Assembly (NCBI GenBank): GCA_964458655.1
Contig: CAYWJT010000003.1
Coordinates: 6,015 to 70,014 of the forward strand
Origin: an uncultured Eubacteriales bacterium
GTDB lineage: Bacteria; Acidobacteriota; Aminicenantia; Aminicenantales; Saccharicenantaceae
Length of the DNA: 64,000 bases
Direction: 5' to 3'
Part shown: piece after piece, positions 55,348-64,000 of the stretch
Numbering within the stretch: position 1 is the first letter of the stretch
Layout: every line of letters begins with the position of its first letter
Program-made: the position numbers and the translations under genes
Notes under the pieces: generated by a model
What the model was told of the DNA's origin: nothing
Databases searched by the model: none
The model's input: only the letters and a program-made list of their open reading frames with translations

Positions 55348-55590
55348 GAGTTAAGCCTCCTTTGAGTCCCGGCCTCTCGGCCGGCCCCCATGAATTGACG
55401 CATGTTACGCACAACGCCGACCGATATGTCCAATCGTCCGCGTAGATCCTGGGCTTTTATGCGTATCTATTATGGGACCGGGAAGCTTCTGTCAATCACC
55501 TCTGAGGGTGATTCCGAGGGGCAACCCTCGGACGGCCGGCTTGACTCGAGAGAAAAGATGTCAGGTATCGGGGAACGTTATCATGCCGGC

Positions 55591-58047
55591 TCAGCGCCGG
55601 ATGACGCGGAGGCCGAAAACAGGACCTATGTCGCGGCCGTCAAGGGCCCGGAACTTGACTGTGACCTTGGTTGCGCCGCGGGTCAGCTCCTCGGGCAGGG
55701 TGTACTCCACGTCGTAGAACCGGGCCGGCGGCGAAGCCTCGATGACCTGACGGGCAATCAGCCTGTCGTTCGCCAGTATCTCGAACGAGGCCGGGCCGCG
55801 GCGGCGCTCGCCGCTGTTGTAGGTCACGACCAGCGCGTTGCGGCGGGCCGGGTCGACCGGCAGGTCGAACGCGAACCAACCCGAACCGCCTCGGCCGGCC
55901 TGCCCGCTAACTCGGACAACGGTCGCACCCTCACCGTGGAAGTTGAAATCCCGCTCGGGCTGCATCTCGCCCGGACGGACGAACGCCACAGTAACCGCTT
56001 CGAGCCGCCTGAGCCTCTGTTGCTCGGCCGCATAAGTCGCTTGCTGTTCTTTCCAGCCTGCCTCCGAGAATATGTCCCAGTAAACCGCGTACGTCCTGCG
56101 GTGGAGCCTGTAAAACGGGTAGAGGTCGACGTCGTTCGGCCGGCCGACCCCATTTGTCCTGAAATGTCCGGCCTCTCCTTCGACCGGTTTTACCCATTCG
56201 GAGGGGTCTATTCCGGCCGCCACGAAAATCGGCACGACCGGCCTTGTCGAAGGTTCGGCCTGTCTTTCGCGGCCGAAACGGATCTCCGGGCCGATGTCGC
56301 CGGCCAGCACCAGCGGCCCCCAGAGCAGCGCCGCCCGGCCCGGGTTGTCAGGCGTCGCTTCGAGCCGCAGCGTCTTGGGCATCGTCACGGTGATGACGTC
56401 GCCTGTCTTCCAGACGCGCTCGAGCTCGACGTAATCGCTGACGAAAGGGTCGGCGTCCCTCTGATAGAGCAAGGCGCTCGGCGGCAGCTCGGCCTGTCGG
56501 GCGGGCCCGGGCTCATTCGGGAAGGCCGGTCGACCGTTGACCTCGACCCGGAAGCCGTGCCGCGCCCAGTAGGGGCGGCGCAGGGCGACGACGAAGCGTC
56601 TGGGGAGCTTCAACTCGAGCCTGAGCGCGGCCGTGTCCCCCTCCGGGAAACCGGTCTCGACCGCGAGCCGGGCGCCCAGGCCGCGCAGCTCGGCGGTCGC
56701 GGGCGCGTAGATGTTGACCCAGAGCCTGTTCGGGCCCTCGTAGAAAAGGCCGTATCCGTGCAGGGCGTGGCTTTCCATGCCTGAACCGACACAGCACGTG
56801 AAGCTGCGGAACATGTCCTGGTACTCGTGCTGGACGCCGCGCCCGACCGGCACCATGTAGCAGGTGCGGCCGTCCTCGGGGTCGATGGAGGCCAGGATGT
56901 GGTTGTAGAGCGCCCGTTCGTGGAAGTCGGCGCAAGCGGCGTCGGGCAGGAACTCGAACAGCCGCCGGGCCAGCTTGATCATGTTGTAGACGTTGCAGGT
57001 CTCGGCCGTCCGGTCGTCGACACGGTCGCTGAGCTTTCCCGGCGGGCCGAAATACTCGTCCTGGCCGTTGCCGCCGGTCGCGTAGCTGTGGAAGCGGGCC
57101 ACGCGGTTGAAGAAGAACGCCGCGGCCAGGAGGTCGGGCGGGTTGCCGGTGTAGGCGAAGCGGTCGAGCGAGCCGAGCAGTTTGGGGAACTGGGTGTTGC
57201 CGTGCTTGCCGGCCAGGTTGTCCTGGAAGTGGAGCAGGGGGGCGATGAAGGCCCGGTGCTCGAACTTGCAGCTCAGGTCGAGCCAGCGCCGGTCGCCCGT
57301 GTCCGCGTAGAGGTCGGCCAGGACCTCGTTCATGCCGCCGAATTCGGTGCCGAGCATGAGCTGGACCTGGTCGTCGTCGAGGCCGGAGAGTATCTTCTCG
57401 GCCCAGGCGGCGAACCCGGCCTCGAGCTCGAGCGCCGTCCGGTTGCCGGCGAAACGGTAGGCGTCACGCAGCCCGGCGAAGGTCTTGTGCAGGGTATACC
57501 AGGGCGACCAGAGGCCGTTGAGGTCGAAGCCGGCCGACTTTATCTCGCCGCGCGACAGGGCTTCGAAGGCCTCCCGGCCGCCCTCGAGAGCGCCGAGGTA
57601 GCCGTCGCCGTTCCTGTCCTGGACCTCCTTGAGCTCGCGGACGATGTAGTCGGCGCGCTCCTTGAAGCGGGCGTCCCCGGTCGCGGCGTACATGAGGCTA
57701 ACCGCCGAGAGGTAGTGGCCGGCGATGTGGCCGGTCAGGTTGCGGCCGCCTCCGTCCCAGCCGCCGTAGGGTTCGGCCTTCTGCTTCAGGCCGGCCCGTA
57801 TCCGGTAATAGGCCAGCATGCGGTCCGGTTCCAGCTTGAGCAGGTAGGCCGCGTCCAGGTCCTGGGCGTGCTTGAGGGGACCGCCGGTGAGGCGGACCAG
57901 GCTGAGCGGCACGGGCCTGGCCCGCTGCAGCCTTTCCTCGACCGACCTTGCGGCGGGGTGGCCGGCTTCGGCCGCGGCCGGCGGGGCAAGGGCCGACAAC
58001 ATCGCCGTCAACAAAGCGGCTGTGATGATTTTGCTGCCTGTTCTCAT
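55591..58047 (-). CDS. Glycoside hydrolase family 127 (DUF1680; beta-L-arabinofuranosidase-like) with C-terminal extension, secreted
   Basis: Signal peptide; conserved N-terminal DUF1680 region (...LEPDRMLAYYRIRAGL...), CCVGSG Cys pair; 818 aa. Confidence 0.8.
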   Translation of the reverse strand: MRTGSKIITAALLTAMLSALAPPAAAEAGHPAARSVEERLQRARPVPLSLVRLTGGPLKHAQDLDAAYLLKLEPDRMLAYYRIRAGLKQKAEPYGGWDGGGRNLTGHIAGHYLSAVSLMYAATGDARFKERADYIVRELKEVQDRNGDGYLGALEGGREAFEALSRGEIKSAGFDLNGLWSPWYTLHKTFAGLRDAYRFAGNRTALELEAGFAAWAEKILSGLDDDQVQLMLGTEFGGMNEVLADLYADTGDRRWLDLSCKFEHRAFIAPLLHFQDNLAGKHGNTQFPKLLGSLDRFAYTGNPPDLLAAAFFFNRVARFHSYATGGNGQDEYFGPPGKLSDRVDDRTAETCNVYNMIKLARRLFEFLPDAACADFHERALYNHILASIDPEDGRTCYMVPVGRGVQHEYQDMFRSFTCCVGSGMESHALHGYGLFYEGPNRLWVNIYAPATAELRGLGARLAVETGFPEGDTAALRLELKLPRRFVVALRRPYWARHGFRVEVNGRPAFPNEPGPARQAELPPSALLYQRDADPFVSDYVELERVWKTGDVITVTMPKTLRLEATPDNPGRAALLWGPLVLAGDIGPEIRFGRERQAEPSTRPVVPIFVAAGIDPSEWVKPVEGEAGHFRTNGVGRPNDVDLYPFYRLHRRTYAVYWDIFSEAGWKEQQATYAAEQQRLRRLEAVTVAFVRPGEMQPERDFNFHGEGATVVRVSGQAGRGGSGWFAFDLPVDPARRNALVVTYNSGERRRGPASFEILANDRLIARQVIEASPPARFYDVEYTLPEELTRGATKVTVKFRALDGRDIGPVFGLRVIRR

Positions 58048-58214
58048 GCGACTCTCCCGGTCTTGATATCAGATATTCCGGATATTAAAACCCGGCATGG
58101 AGCAAGTCAAGCCTTGACCATGAGCCTTACGAAACCTGACGCAAGCTTGACGGCCGCCGGCCGTGCCCTGGGTTCAGAGCGATGTGTACAGGACAAAAAA
58201 GGCCCCCGGCTGGC

Positions 58215-59918
58215 TCAGAAATCGAAGACCCTGTCCAGCTCCGCCTCAGGCACATCGAAAACGCTGTTATGAGGCGGCAGCGGCTCGCGTGTCATGAATT
58301 CGGGGATACGGTCATCCTTGGCCGTAAAGCCGGCGCGACGATTGAACTCCCGCTCGAGCCTCAGCGTTTCCTTGCCCAGAGCTTGCAAAACGTCGTCCGG
58401 GACATCCCAGCCGTAGCGGGCCCTGAGCAGGCGGGCGATCGTCCCCTGCGGCGCAGCCGCGAAGCCGAAAGCGGCGAAGATGCAGACACCCAGCGTGTCA
58501 TAGCCGGCCATGTTGACCTGGGCGGCGCGCGAAGCTTCCACCTGGACCTTCGGGTCGAGATGGTCGATCCTGGCGCGGATGGTCAGGCCGGCCGTATGGT
58601 CGGCCCCCTGCGGGGACGTGGCGTAGGTTACGCCCGTGCCTTTTATGGCCCGCGGCTCGTAAGCGGACATGGCCTGCCCTTTGACCGCCGGGACCCGGTC
58701 GACGCCCAGGGCCCGGCCCGCGGCTGTAGCGCCGTCGCCGAGCGCCCGGCCGAGCGGAGTGCCGAGCCGCACCTCCTCGAGAAGAGCCAGCGCCCGTTCG
58801 CCGTCGCCCCACCTCATCAGGCCGGCTTCGGCGGCCACGCCCAGCGCCGCTCCGAGCTCTATGGAGTCCAATCCCAGGTCGTTGGCCAGCCGGTTCAGCC
58901 TGGCGATGACATCCAGGGAATCGATGCCCAGGTTCGAGCCCATCAGTCCGATGGTCTCGTATTCGAGGGCCGACACGACCGCCCGGCCCTTATCGTCCCC
59001 GAAAATGTTGGAGCATTGGATGACGCAGCCGGGCATGCAGGCATGGGTGGGGGTGCTTTCGCCGCCCCGCTTTAAGAGAAGTTCCCGCAAGGTCTCTCCC
59101 GAGATCCTGTCCACGCCTTCGAAGCGGCCGGCAGAGAAATTGCGCGTCGGCAGGCCGCCGAAAGCGTCGCACATGTGCGCCATGGCGGCTGTGCCGTAAT
59201 CGCGATAGACGGCCGTCTGCGGGTGCTCGAGCAGGGCCTTGATGTAAGCGCTGCGGGCCGCGCGAAAAGTAGCTTCATCGACGATGGGCGGGTTTGAACA
59301 GCCGGTCGCGTCGAAGACCACCGCTTTCAGCCCCTTGGAGCCCATGACCGCTCCGAGCCCGCCGCGGGCCGCGACCCGCGACGGGACGAGGTCCTTGTCG
59401 AGATTCAGCACGCCCGCTGCGGCCAGACCCGCTTCGCCGGTCGGGCCGATGACCGCCATGGCGGCCTTCCGGCCGTATCGCCGCAGCAGTCTCGACGCCG
59501 ACTCGTAAACCCCCAGGCCCGCGAGGTCGTCGGCCGGGTCGAAGCTCGCGCCCTGCCGGTTCAACCGCAGCACCCACGGGCCGGGCGAGGCGGGGACGTC
59601 CTCGATGATCAACGCCTTGAGGCCCAGCCGCGCCATCGTCAAGCCGGTCGTACCGCCGGCGTTGGATTCTTTCACGCCGCCGGTCAGCGGCGACTTGCCG
59701 CCGACCGAAAGCCGGTCGCAGGATGAAAGCGTTTGCCCGGCGAGCAAACCGGGCGCGAAGATCAGCCTATTGCCCGGGCCGAGCGGGTCGCACCGCGGGT
59801 CTGATTCGTCAAGCAGGACGCGCGCGGTAAGGCCTCGCCCGCCGAGACGCGTCCAGGCTTCAGGGACAGGCTCCCTTCTCAACTCTTGATTGCGGACATC
59901 AATCCGCCATACTTGCAT
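58215..59918 (-). CDS. Aldehyde:ferredoxin oxidoreductase (tungsten/molybdopterin AOR family)
   Basis: MQVWRIDVRNQELRREPVPEAW... AOR N-terminus, AOR_N and AOR_C domain motifs; ATG 59918 chosen over GTG 59987. Confidence 0.85.
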   Translation of the reverse strand: MQVWRIDVRNQELRREPVPEAWTRLGGRGLTARVLLDESDPRCDPLGPGNRLIFAPGLLAGQTLSSCDRLSVGGKSPLTGGVKESNAGGTTGLTMARLGLKALIIEDVPASPGPWVLRLNRQGASFDPADDLAGLGVYESASRLLRRYGRKAAMAVIGPTGEAGLAAAGVLNLDKDLVPSRVAARGGLGAVMGSKGLKAVVFDATGCSNPPIVDEATFRAARSAYIKALLEHPQTAVYRDYGTAAMAHMCDAFGGLPTRNFSAGRFEGVDRISGETLRELLLKRGGESTPTHACMPGCVIQCSNIFGDDKGRAVVSALEYETIGLMGSNLGIDSLDVIARLNRLANDLGLDSIELGAALGVAAEAGLMRWGDGERALALLEEVRLGTPLGRALGDGATAAGRALGVDRVPAVKGQAMSAYEPRAIKGTGVTYATSPQGADHTAGLTIRARIDHLDPKVQVEASRAAQVNMAGYDTLGVCIFAAFGFAAAPQGTIARLLRARYGWDVPDDVLQALGKETLRLEREFNRRAGFTAKDDRIPEFMTREPLPPHNSVFDVPEAELDRVFDF

Positions 59919-60044
59919 CTCGGCCGCCGGGACTCTGGTCAAGGATCTGGAAAAACTCTTTCGGTCCTCTGATGATGATAGGTCCACTCAGCCGGGTTGT
60001 CAACTAAACGACCGGCTCTGGCGCCGGGCGTCGTTCGAGTCTGT

Positions 60045-60194
60045 TCATCCGATTACGGTGATGAAGTAGTGCAACCTGGGCATGAAGGCGGTCATGACGT
60101 TGTCGACCGACAGCACGCCGGAGATCAGGTTGAAACCTGTGAGCGAAATCATCACCGCCGCCGCCAGGATCGCTAACCTTGTCCGGATCTTCAT
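60045..60194 (-). CDS. Small membrane protein (49 aa) with strong RBS; not in ORF track
   Basis: ggaggataaaATG; MKIRTRLAILAAAVMISLTGFNLISGVLSVDNVMTAFMPRLHYFITVIG. Confidence 0.45.
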   Translation of the reverse strand: MKIRTRLAILAAAVMISLTGFNLISGVLSVDNVMTAFMPRLHYFITVIG

Positions 60195-60602
60195 TTTATC
60201 CTCCACTCTTCGATCTTCTTTCCTCTGTCACTAATGAATACGCTTCAGGAGGCCGGAAAGTTCCTTTTAATTAATTACGCTCGAAAGGGGGCGCTGGTCG
60301 TCATGTGAGCGACGGTTAGGCCTTGTTGCCCGGTCAGCGTTCTGAACGGGGCGGTAAAGAAGATAGACGGACGGCCGTCGAGGCCATCGAGCATAGTCTC
60401 ATCGGTCTGCCGGCGGAGCCGGCCGCCGTCATCGCCGCGGTCGAAAGCGTCTACCGCCGGCTGAACGTGCGGTCGCCGGGTATCGAGCCGGCCGACTGGG
60501 CGGCGGCTGTCCTCAAGGCCGCGGGCCTCGAGCCATGAAAGGCCGCTCCTCGCGGATCCAGGCGAGGGTCAGGTCCAGCGATGTCCTTATGCCGGCTCCG
60601 CT

Positions 60603-63209
60603 TCACCTGGGATAGAGCAGGGCGTTCAGCAGGAATTTGTAGGTGCCGTGCGACTGCGCCCTGTGCTGGCTCCTGACACCGATCAGGATGATGCGGCCCT
60701 TCTTGTATTGCGTATCGACGACCGCGGCCTTCCTGGCGATGAGGTCCTCGCCGAGAAGCCAGCCGCTGAGCAGCACCCCGTCCTCGGCGTAGCTGGCCAC
60801 GACCTTCCGGTCCCACTCGTTGGGCGGGATGGAGGTCTGGAAAGCCAGGCTGTCGACGAACATGGCCGCGACGGTCCTGTCCAGGCCCCAGCCGAGCGGG
60901 GTCGTGTTGTCGACGTCCAGCTTGAGGATTGAGATGGGGCAGAAGAACCTCGTCCGTTCGACCCTGTCCAGGACGTTCCTGGCCTGCACTCCGAGGTCGC
61001 TCAGGGCCAGCCCGCAGGCCTGGTTGAGCGTCACGACTATTCCGCCCTGCTCGACGAAAGCTTTCAGAGCCTCGACACCCTCCTTCTCGATGCCTCCTTC
61101 GTACTCGGGGGGCATAGGGGTGAAGAAACGGGCGTACTCGGACTGCTGTCCGGGCCGGCCGCTCTTGATCATCTCGGGGTTCTCGCTGGCGAAGACGATG
61201 ACGTCGTAGTCGGCCTTTAGGTTGACCTTCTTTTCCTTCGTCCCCTTGAAATCGGAGTTGTGCATCGTCTTATAAGGTATGCCCATGTCGTCGAAGACGA
61301 AGCGCGTCCAGCCCTCGTCCATGTTGCCCCGCCAGGACTGGTAGAGCCCGATGCGGGGGCTCTTGATGAGCACCTTGTCGGCGGCGGCGAACCCGGCCTC
61401 GTCCAGCCCGCGAGCGTTGAGCCGCAGCTTCTCGAGCAGGCCGGGCAGTGATTTCCTTGCCTCCGGTGTATTTTTGACCAGGAAGCTCCCGGCCGCGACC
61501 TCGCCCTTGCCCGGCTTGAGCGGCGTTTTAAGCCGGTGGACCTCGACCCTATCCTTGAGCAGGGCGAAAGCCGCCGCATAGGAGGCGTTGGCCCGGGAGT
61601 CGAGCACGAAGTAAGGCGCTTCGGCGGGCAGGCCCAGAGCGGGCGCCGGGACGGTCTCGAGCTTTTCCAGCCTGGCCTCGAAGGGCTCATCGACCTGATC
61701 GCAGCGGACGCCCATCTGGAGGGGCAGGGTCCAAGCGGCGTTGTCGTAAGGGGGCACCGGCGGCCCGCCGGGGTACTGCCTGATGTCGGGGTACTTCTGT
61801 TTCTCGAGCAGGGCCCAGGCGTAGGCCTTGTAGGGCTGGGAAAGCAGGACCACGAAGCTGCCGGCCGGGTAGAGGCGGCCGTCGGCCACGAACTGTTCGG
61901 CGGCCCGGTGGATCTCGACCCCGCCGAACTTGAGGACCTCGAGCATCTTGAGAGTCGTCGGGTAATCGGGCTGGTCGGCCGTGATGACGAAGGCGAAAGG
62001 CTGGTTCTTCTCGGTCTTCTCGACGCTCTCCTTTGAGACCAGGTAGGAACTGTAGAGAAAGTCCGTGCGGTAGAGGGCGCAGGTCTTGACCAGGCTCATC
62101 GAAAGCGTCAGCTCGTAGTCCACCAGGTCGCGCAGCCGCCACCAGCCGCCCGGCCAGGGGTCGACAAAGTCCATGCGGCGCTGGACGTAGTCGTTGGGCA
62201 CCTCGGTCGGCTCGATATAAACCGGCGAGGCCACGCGCACCGAGGCCATCTCGCTCAGCAGGCCGATGGTGTTATGGAGCCAGGAAGTGTCGTCGCAAGC
62301 CCCGATCCACCAGCCCGTGTAGCTGCGGCCGTTGACCACGCCCTTGAATCCGTTCTTCTGCAGGTCGAAGGCCATGTTCATCCCGCACAGGTTGACGCCG
62401 CGCCAGACGAGCGGATGGATGTTGGGCAGGGGAGGGTCCATGAAAGGCGGCACGAACAGGCGGGCGCCGGTCGAGCCCATCTGATGCTCGTCGATGTGGA
62501 CGTGAGGGAACCAGTCGTGGTAGAGCACCTGCGTCACGGCCCGGGTCTCGGGCAGGTTGAACATGAACCAGTCGCGGTTGTTGTCGTGGCCGGCGTAATG
62601 GTGATAGAGCCAGGGCATGTTGCCGCCCTCGTACTTCGTGCCCACGTACTTGTGGTACCAGTCCACGACCATGACGTTGCCGTCCGGGTTGTGGGAGGGC
62701 ACCAGCAAAACGATGACGTCCTTGAGGAAGCCGGGGTCGAATGGCGTCTTGCCGGTCACGAGGTCGTAGGCGAACTCCATCGACATCTGAGAGGCGGCGA
62801 TCTCGGTCGCGTGCAGGCTGCAGGTTATGAGCAGGATGGCCTTGCCGCGGGCGGCCAGCTCTTTGGCCTGGTCCGGCGAGAGCCCGCGGGCCATCTTGAG
62901 CCGCCGGGCGATGTCGCGGTACTCGTCGAGCCGGGCCATGTTCTCCTCGGCCGTGATGACGGCCATGATGATGGGCTTGCCGAGCGTGGACTTGCCGATC
63001 TCGACCACCTTGAGCATGGACGATTCCTGGTCCAGCTTCTGTAAGTAGGCCGTGATCTGGCTGTAGTCGGCGAGCTTGCGGTCCTCGCCGACCCGGTGGC
63101 CGAGAAAGGCCTCGGGCGAGGTCTGGGCCGTGAGCCCGGACACAAGCAGAAACAGCAGAGTCCCGGCGGCGACCAACGCCGTCCTTAACCTTTTACCCTG
63201 GGAATGCAT
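60603..63209 (-). CDS. M14-family zinc carboxypeptidase (large secreted form)
   Basis: Signal MHSQGKRLRTALVAAGTLLFLLVSGLTAQ; HATE (HxxE) zinc motif and SHNPDGN; RBS GGAGG. Confidence 0.75.
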   Translation of the reverse strand: MHSQGKRLRTALVAAGTLLFLLVSGLTAQTSPEAFLGHRVGEDRKLADYSQITAYLQKLDQESSMLKVVEIGKSTLGKPIIMAVITAEENMARLDEYRDIARRLKMARGLSPDQAKELAARGKAILLITCSLHATEIAASQMSMEFAYDLVTGKTPFDPGFLKDVIVLLVPSHNPDGNVMVVDWYHKYVGTKYEGGNMPWLYHHYAGHDNNRDWFMFNLPETRAVTQVLYHDWFPHVHIDEHQMGSTGARLFVPPFMDPPLPNIHPLVWRGVNLCGMNMAFDLQKNGFKGVVNGRSYTGWWIGACDDTSWLHNTIGLLSEMASVRVASPVYIEPTEVPNDYVQRRMDFVDPWPGGWWRLRDLVDYELTLSMSLVKTCALYRTDFLYSSYLVSKESVEKTEKNQPFAFVITADQPDYPTTLKMLEVLKFGGVEIHRAAEQFVADGRLYPAGSFVVLLSQPYKAYAWALLEKQKYPDIRQYPGGPPVPPYDNAAWTLPLQMGVRCDQVDEPFEARLEKLETVPAPALGLPAEAPYFVLDSRANASYAAAFALLKDRVEVHRLKTPLKPGKGEVAAGSFLVKNTPEARKSLPGLLEKLRLNARGLDEAGFAAADKVLIKSPRIGLYQSWRGNMDEGWTRFVFDDMGIPYKTMHNSDFKGTKEKKVNLKADYDVIVFASENPEMIKSGRPGQQSEYARFFTPMPPEYEGGIEKEGVEALKAFVEQGGIVVTLNQACGLALSDLGVQARNVLDRVERTRFFCPISILKLDVDNTTPLGWGLDRTVAAMFVDSLAFQTSIPPNEWDRKVVASYAEDGVLLSGWLLGEDLIARKAAVVDTQYKKGRIILIGVRSQHRAQSHGTYKFLLNALLYPR

Positions 63210-63242
63210 GCGCGCCTCCTGGCATACGGATATGAAGGATTC

Positions 63243-63271
63243 TAAATATCACCAAGGCTGAGGCGTGTCAA
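63243..63271 (-). promoter_or_regulatory. Candidate sigma70 promoter for M14 gene (TTGACA-N17-TATTTA)
   Basis: Minus strand: gTTTGACAcgcctcagccttggtgaTATTTAgaatcc. Confidence 0.35.
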
Positions 63272-63350
63272 ACGGCGAATTTCCGGGGGGCCGCGTATAC
63301 TAAGAGAACCGGGGTCTTGGCCGGCGCGATCTTCGTGTCTTCGTCGCGGC

Positions 63351-64000
63351 TCAGAGCGCGAGGGTTTCGTGCGCGACGAGAAGCGCGCCTTGGATCGGCA
63401 CGCCGTAGGGGCAGGCCCGCTCGCAGGGCGCGGAGCAGCCGGAGCAGGCGTCGGCCCTGGCCCCGGGTATCGCCGCGTAGAGCTCCATGGCCTCGCGCTC
63501 ACGTCCCTGGCCGGCGAAGTACTGCTGGTAGCGCATGATGGTGTTGACCGGGACGCTGTGCGGGCAGCTCGGCTCACACAGGCCGCAGGCGTGGCGGCAG
63601 TAGAGGTCGCCGCAGCCCTTGCGGTAGGCTTCGAGCTTGGAGGCGGCGGCGCCGTCGAGCCGAGTGCCGGAAAGACGGATGAAAGCGTCGAGCTCGGTGT
63701 AGTTCCGGGCCAGGCAGCAGACAGTGCTCACGTTCGGGTTGCTGAGGACGAACTTGACGGCGGCGTCCCTGATCTCCTCCGGGTTGGTCAGGTTGTGCTC
63801 CTTGATGAATTCCCGGGCGGCCTCGTACTTCTCTTTGTATCTTTTAAGGCCCTCCGCGTAGAGCGGGTCTATCTTCTGCTGCTTCTTCTCGGCCTGCTCC
63901 ACCCGGTTCTTGAGCGTCTCGTAGATGGCGATGGGCGTCGTCTTCATCAGGGCCACGCCGATGTTCTTCGCGCGGGCGAGCTCCAGCACTCTCTCCGACC
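63351..64000 (-). CDS. Aldo/keto reductase with C-terminal 4Fe-4S ferredoxin-like domain (partial; N-terminus beyond window)
   Basis: CGLCEPSCP and CSGCSAPCERACP cluster motifs; gene runs off right edge. Confidence 0.6.
   Translation of the reverse strand, partial: SERVLELARAKNIGVALMKTTPIAIYETLKNRVEQAEKKQQKIDPLYAEGLKRYKEKYEAAREFIKEHNLTNPEEIRDAAVKFVLSNPNVSTVCCLARNYTELDAFIRLSGTRLDGAAASKLEAYRKGCGDLYCRHACGLCEPSCPHSVPVNTIMRYQQYFAGQGREREAMELYAAIPGARADACSGCSAPCERACPYGVPIQGALLVAHETLAL

Noticed and set aside
60323-60538. 71-aa plus-strand ORF between the small membrane-peptide gene and the M14 gene
   Set aside because: TTG start without RBS, no ATG in frame, no recognisable features. High GC3 alone is insufficient. 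Left uncalled.
1-64000. Scan for tRNA/rRNA genes, CRISPR repeats, IS/transposase/integrase genes, prophage genes
   Set aside because: No cloverleaf-compatible intergenic segments, no regularly spaced direct repeats, and no recombinase or transposase-like ORFs were found by eye. A tRNAscan/Infernal and ISfinder run would be needed to be certain.

Overview
The window is high-GC bacterial DNA (roughly two-thirds G+C by eye). It most likely comes from an uncultured Gram-negative bacterium, because outer-membrane beta-barrel proteins, lipoproteins and Tat signals are all present. It is gene-dense chromosome with about 55 supportable CDSs on both strands. I found no rRNA, tRNA, CRISPR array, transposase, integrase or phage gene by eye.

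Gene content, left to right:
- A Tat-exported Gfo/Idh/MocA oxidoreductase that looks GH109-like.
- An odd zinc-ribbon protein with a Gly-zipper repeat.
- A TetR-controlled efflux operon: HlyD-type adaptor, two separate ABC ATPases and two ABC-2 permeases (YbhGFSR-like).
- A 1103-aa tricorn-protease homologue with a signal peptide.
- A DedA / GT2 glycosyltransferase / MobA-like nucleotidyltransferase trio.
- A GH29 alpha-L-fucosidase.
- The classic yebC-ruvC-ruvA-ruvB-queA operon.
- A DUF2892 peptide.
- A CopA/CcoI-type Cu P1B-ATPase, followed by a 32-aa CcoS-like ORF that is absent from the ORF track.
- Outer-membrane-protein-like genes.
- A phosphofructokinase carrying the PPi-dependent signature residues.
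- folD.
- An Rrf2 regulator divergent from an iorA-iorB-ACD (ADP-forming acyl-CoA synthetase) arylpyruvate fermentation module.
- An orphan octahaem c-type cytochrome lipoprotein.
- A xylose-isomerase-like TIM-barrel enzyme.
- A coupled DUF362(Tat)-fmdB-rmuC unit.
- yggS, a dGTPase-like HD protein, transketolase, a membrane-anchored SNase, a GlcD-like FAD oxidase and an ACT protein.
- A 930-aa fusion of an APC amino-acid permease to an M24 Xaa-Pro peptidase through a signal-peptide-like segment.
- A Tat-exported protein of unknown function.
- A second, Tat-exported M24 peptidase.
- A GH127 beta-L-arabinofuranosidase-like protein.
- A tungsten-type aldehyde:ferredoxin oxidoreductase.
- An M14 carboxypeptidase.
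- A partial Fe-S aldo/keto reductase at the right edge.

Several sigma70-like promoters, palindromic candidate operators and hairpins were located by eye.

Overall theme: extracytoplasmic proteolysis and glycan trimming, coupled to amino-acid fermentation (IOR/ACD/AOR) and PPi-based glycolysis.

All family assignments rest on recalled motifs. None has been checked against a database.
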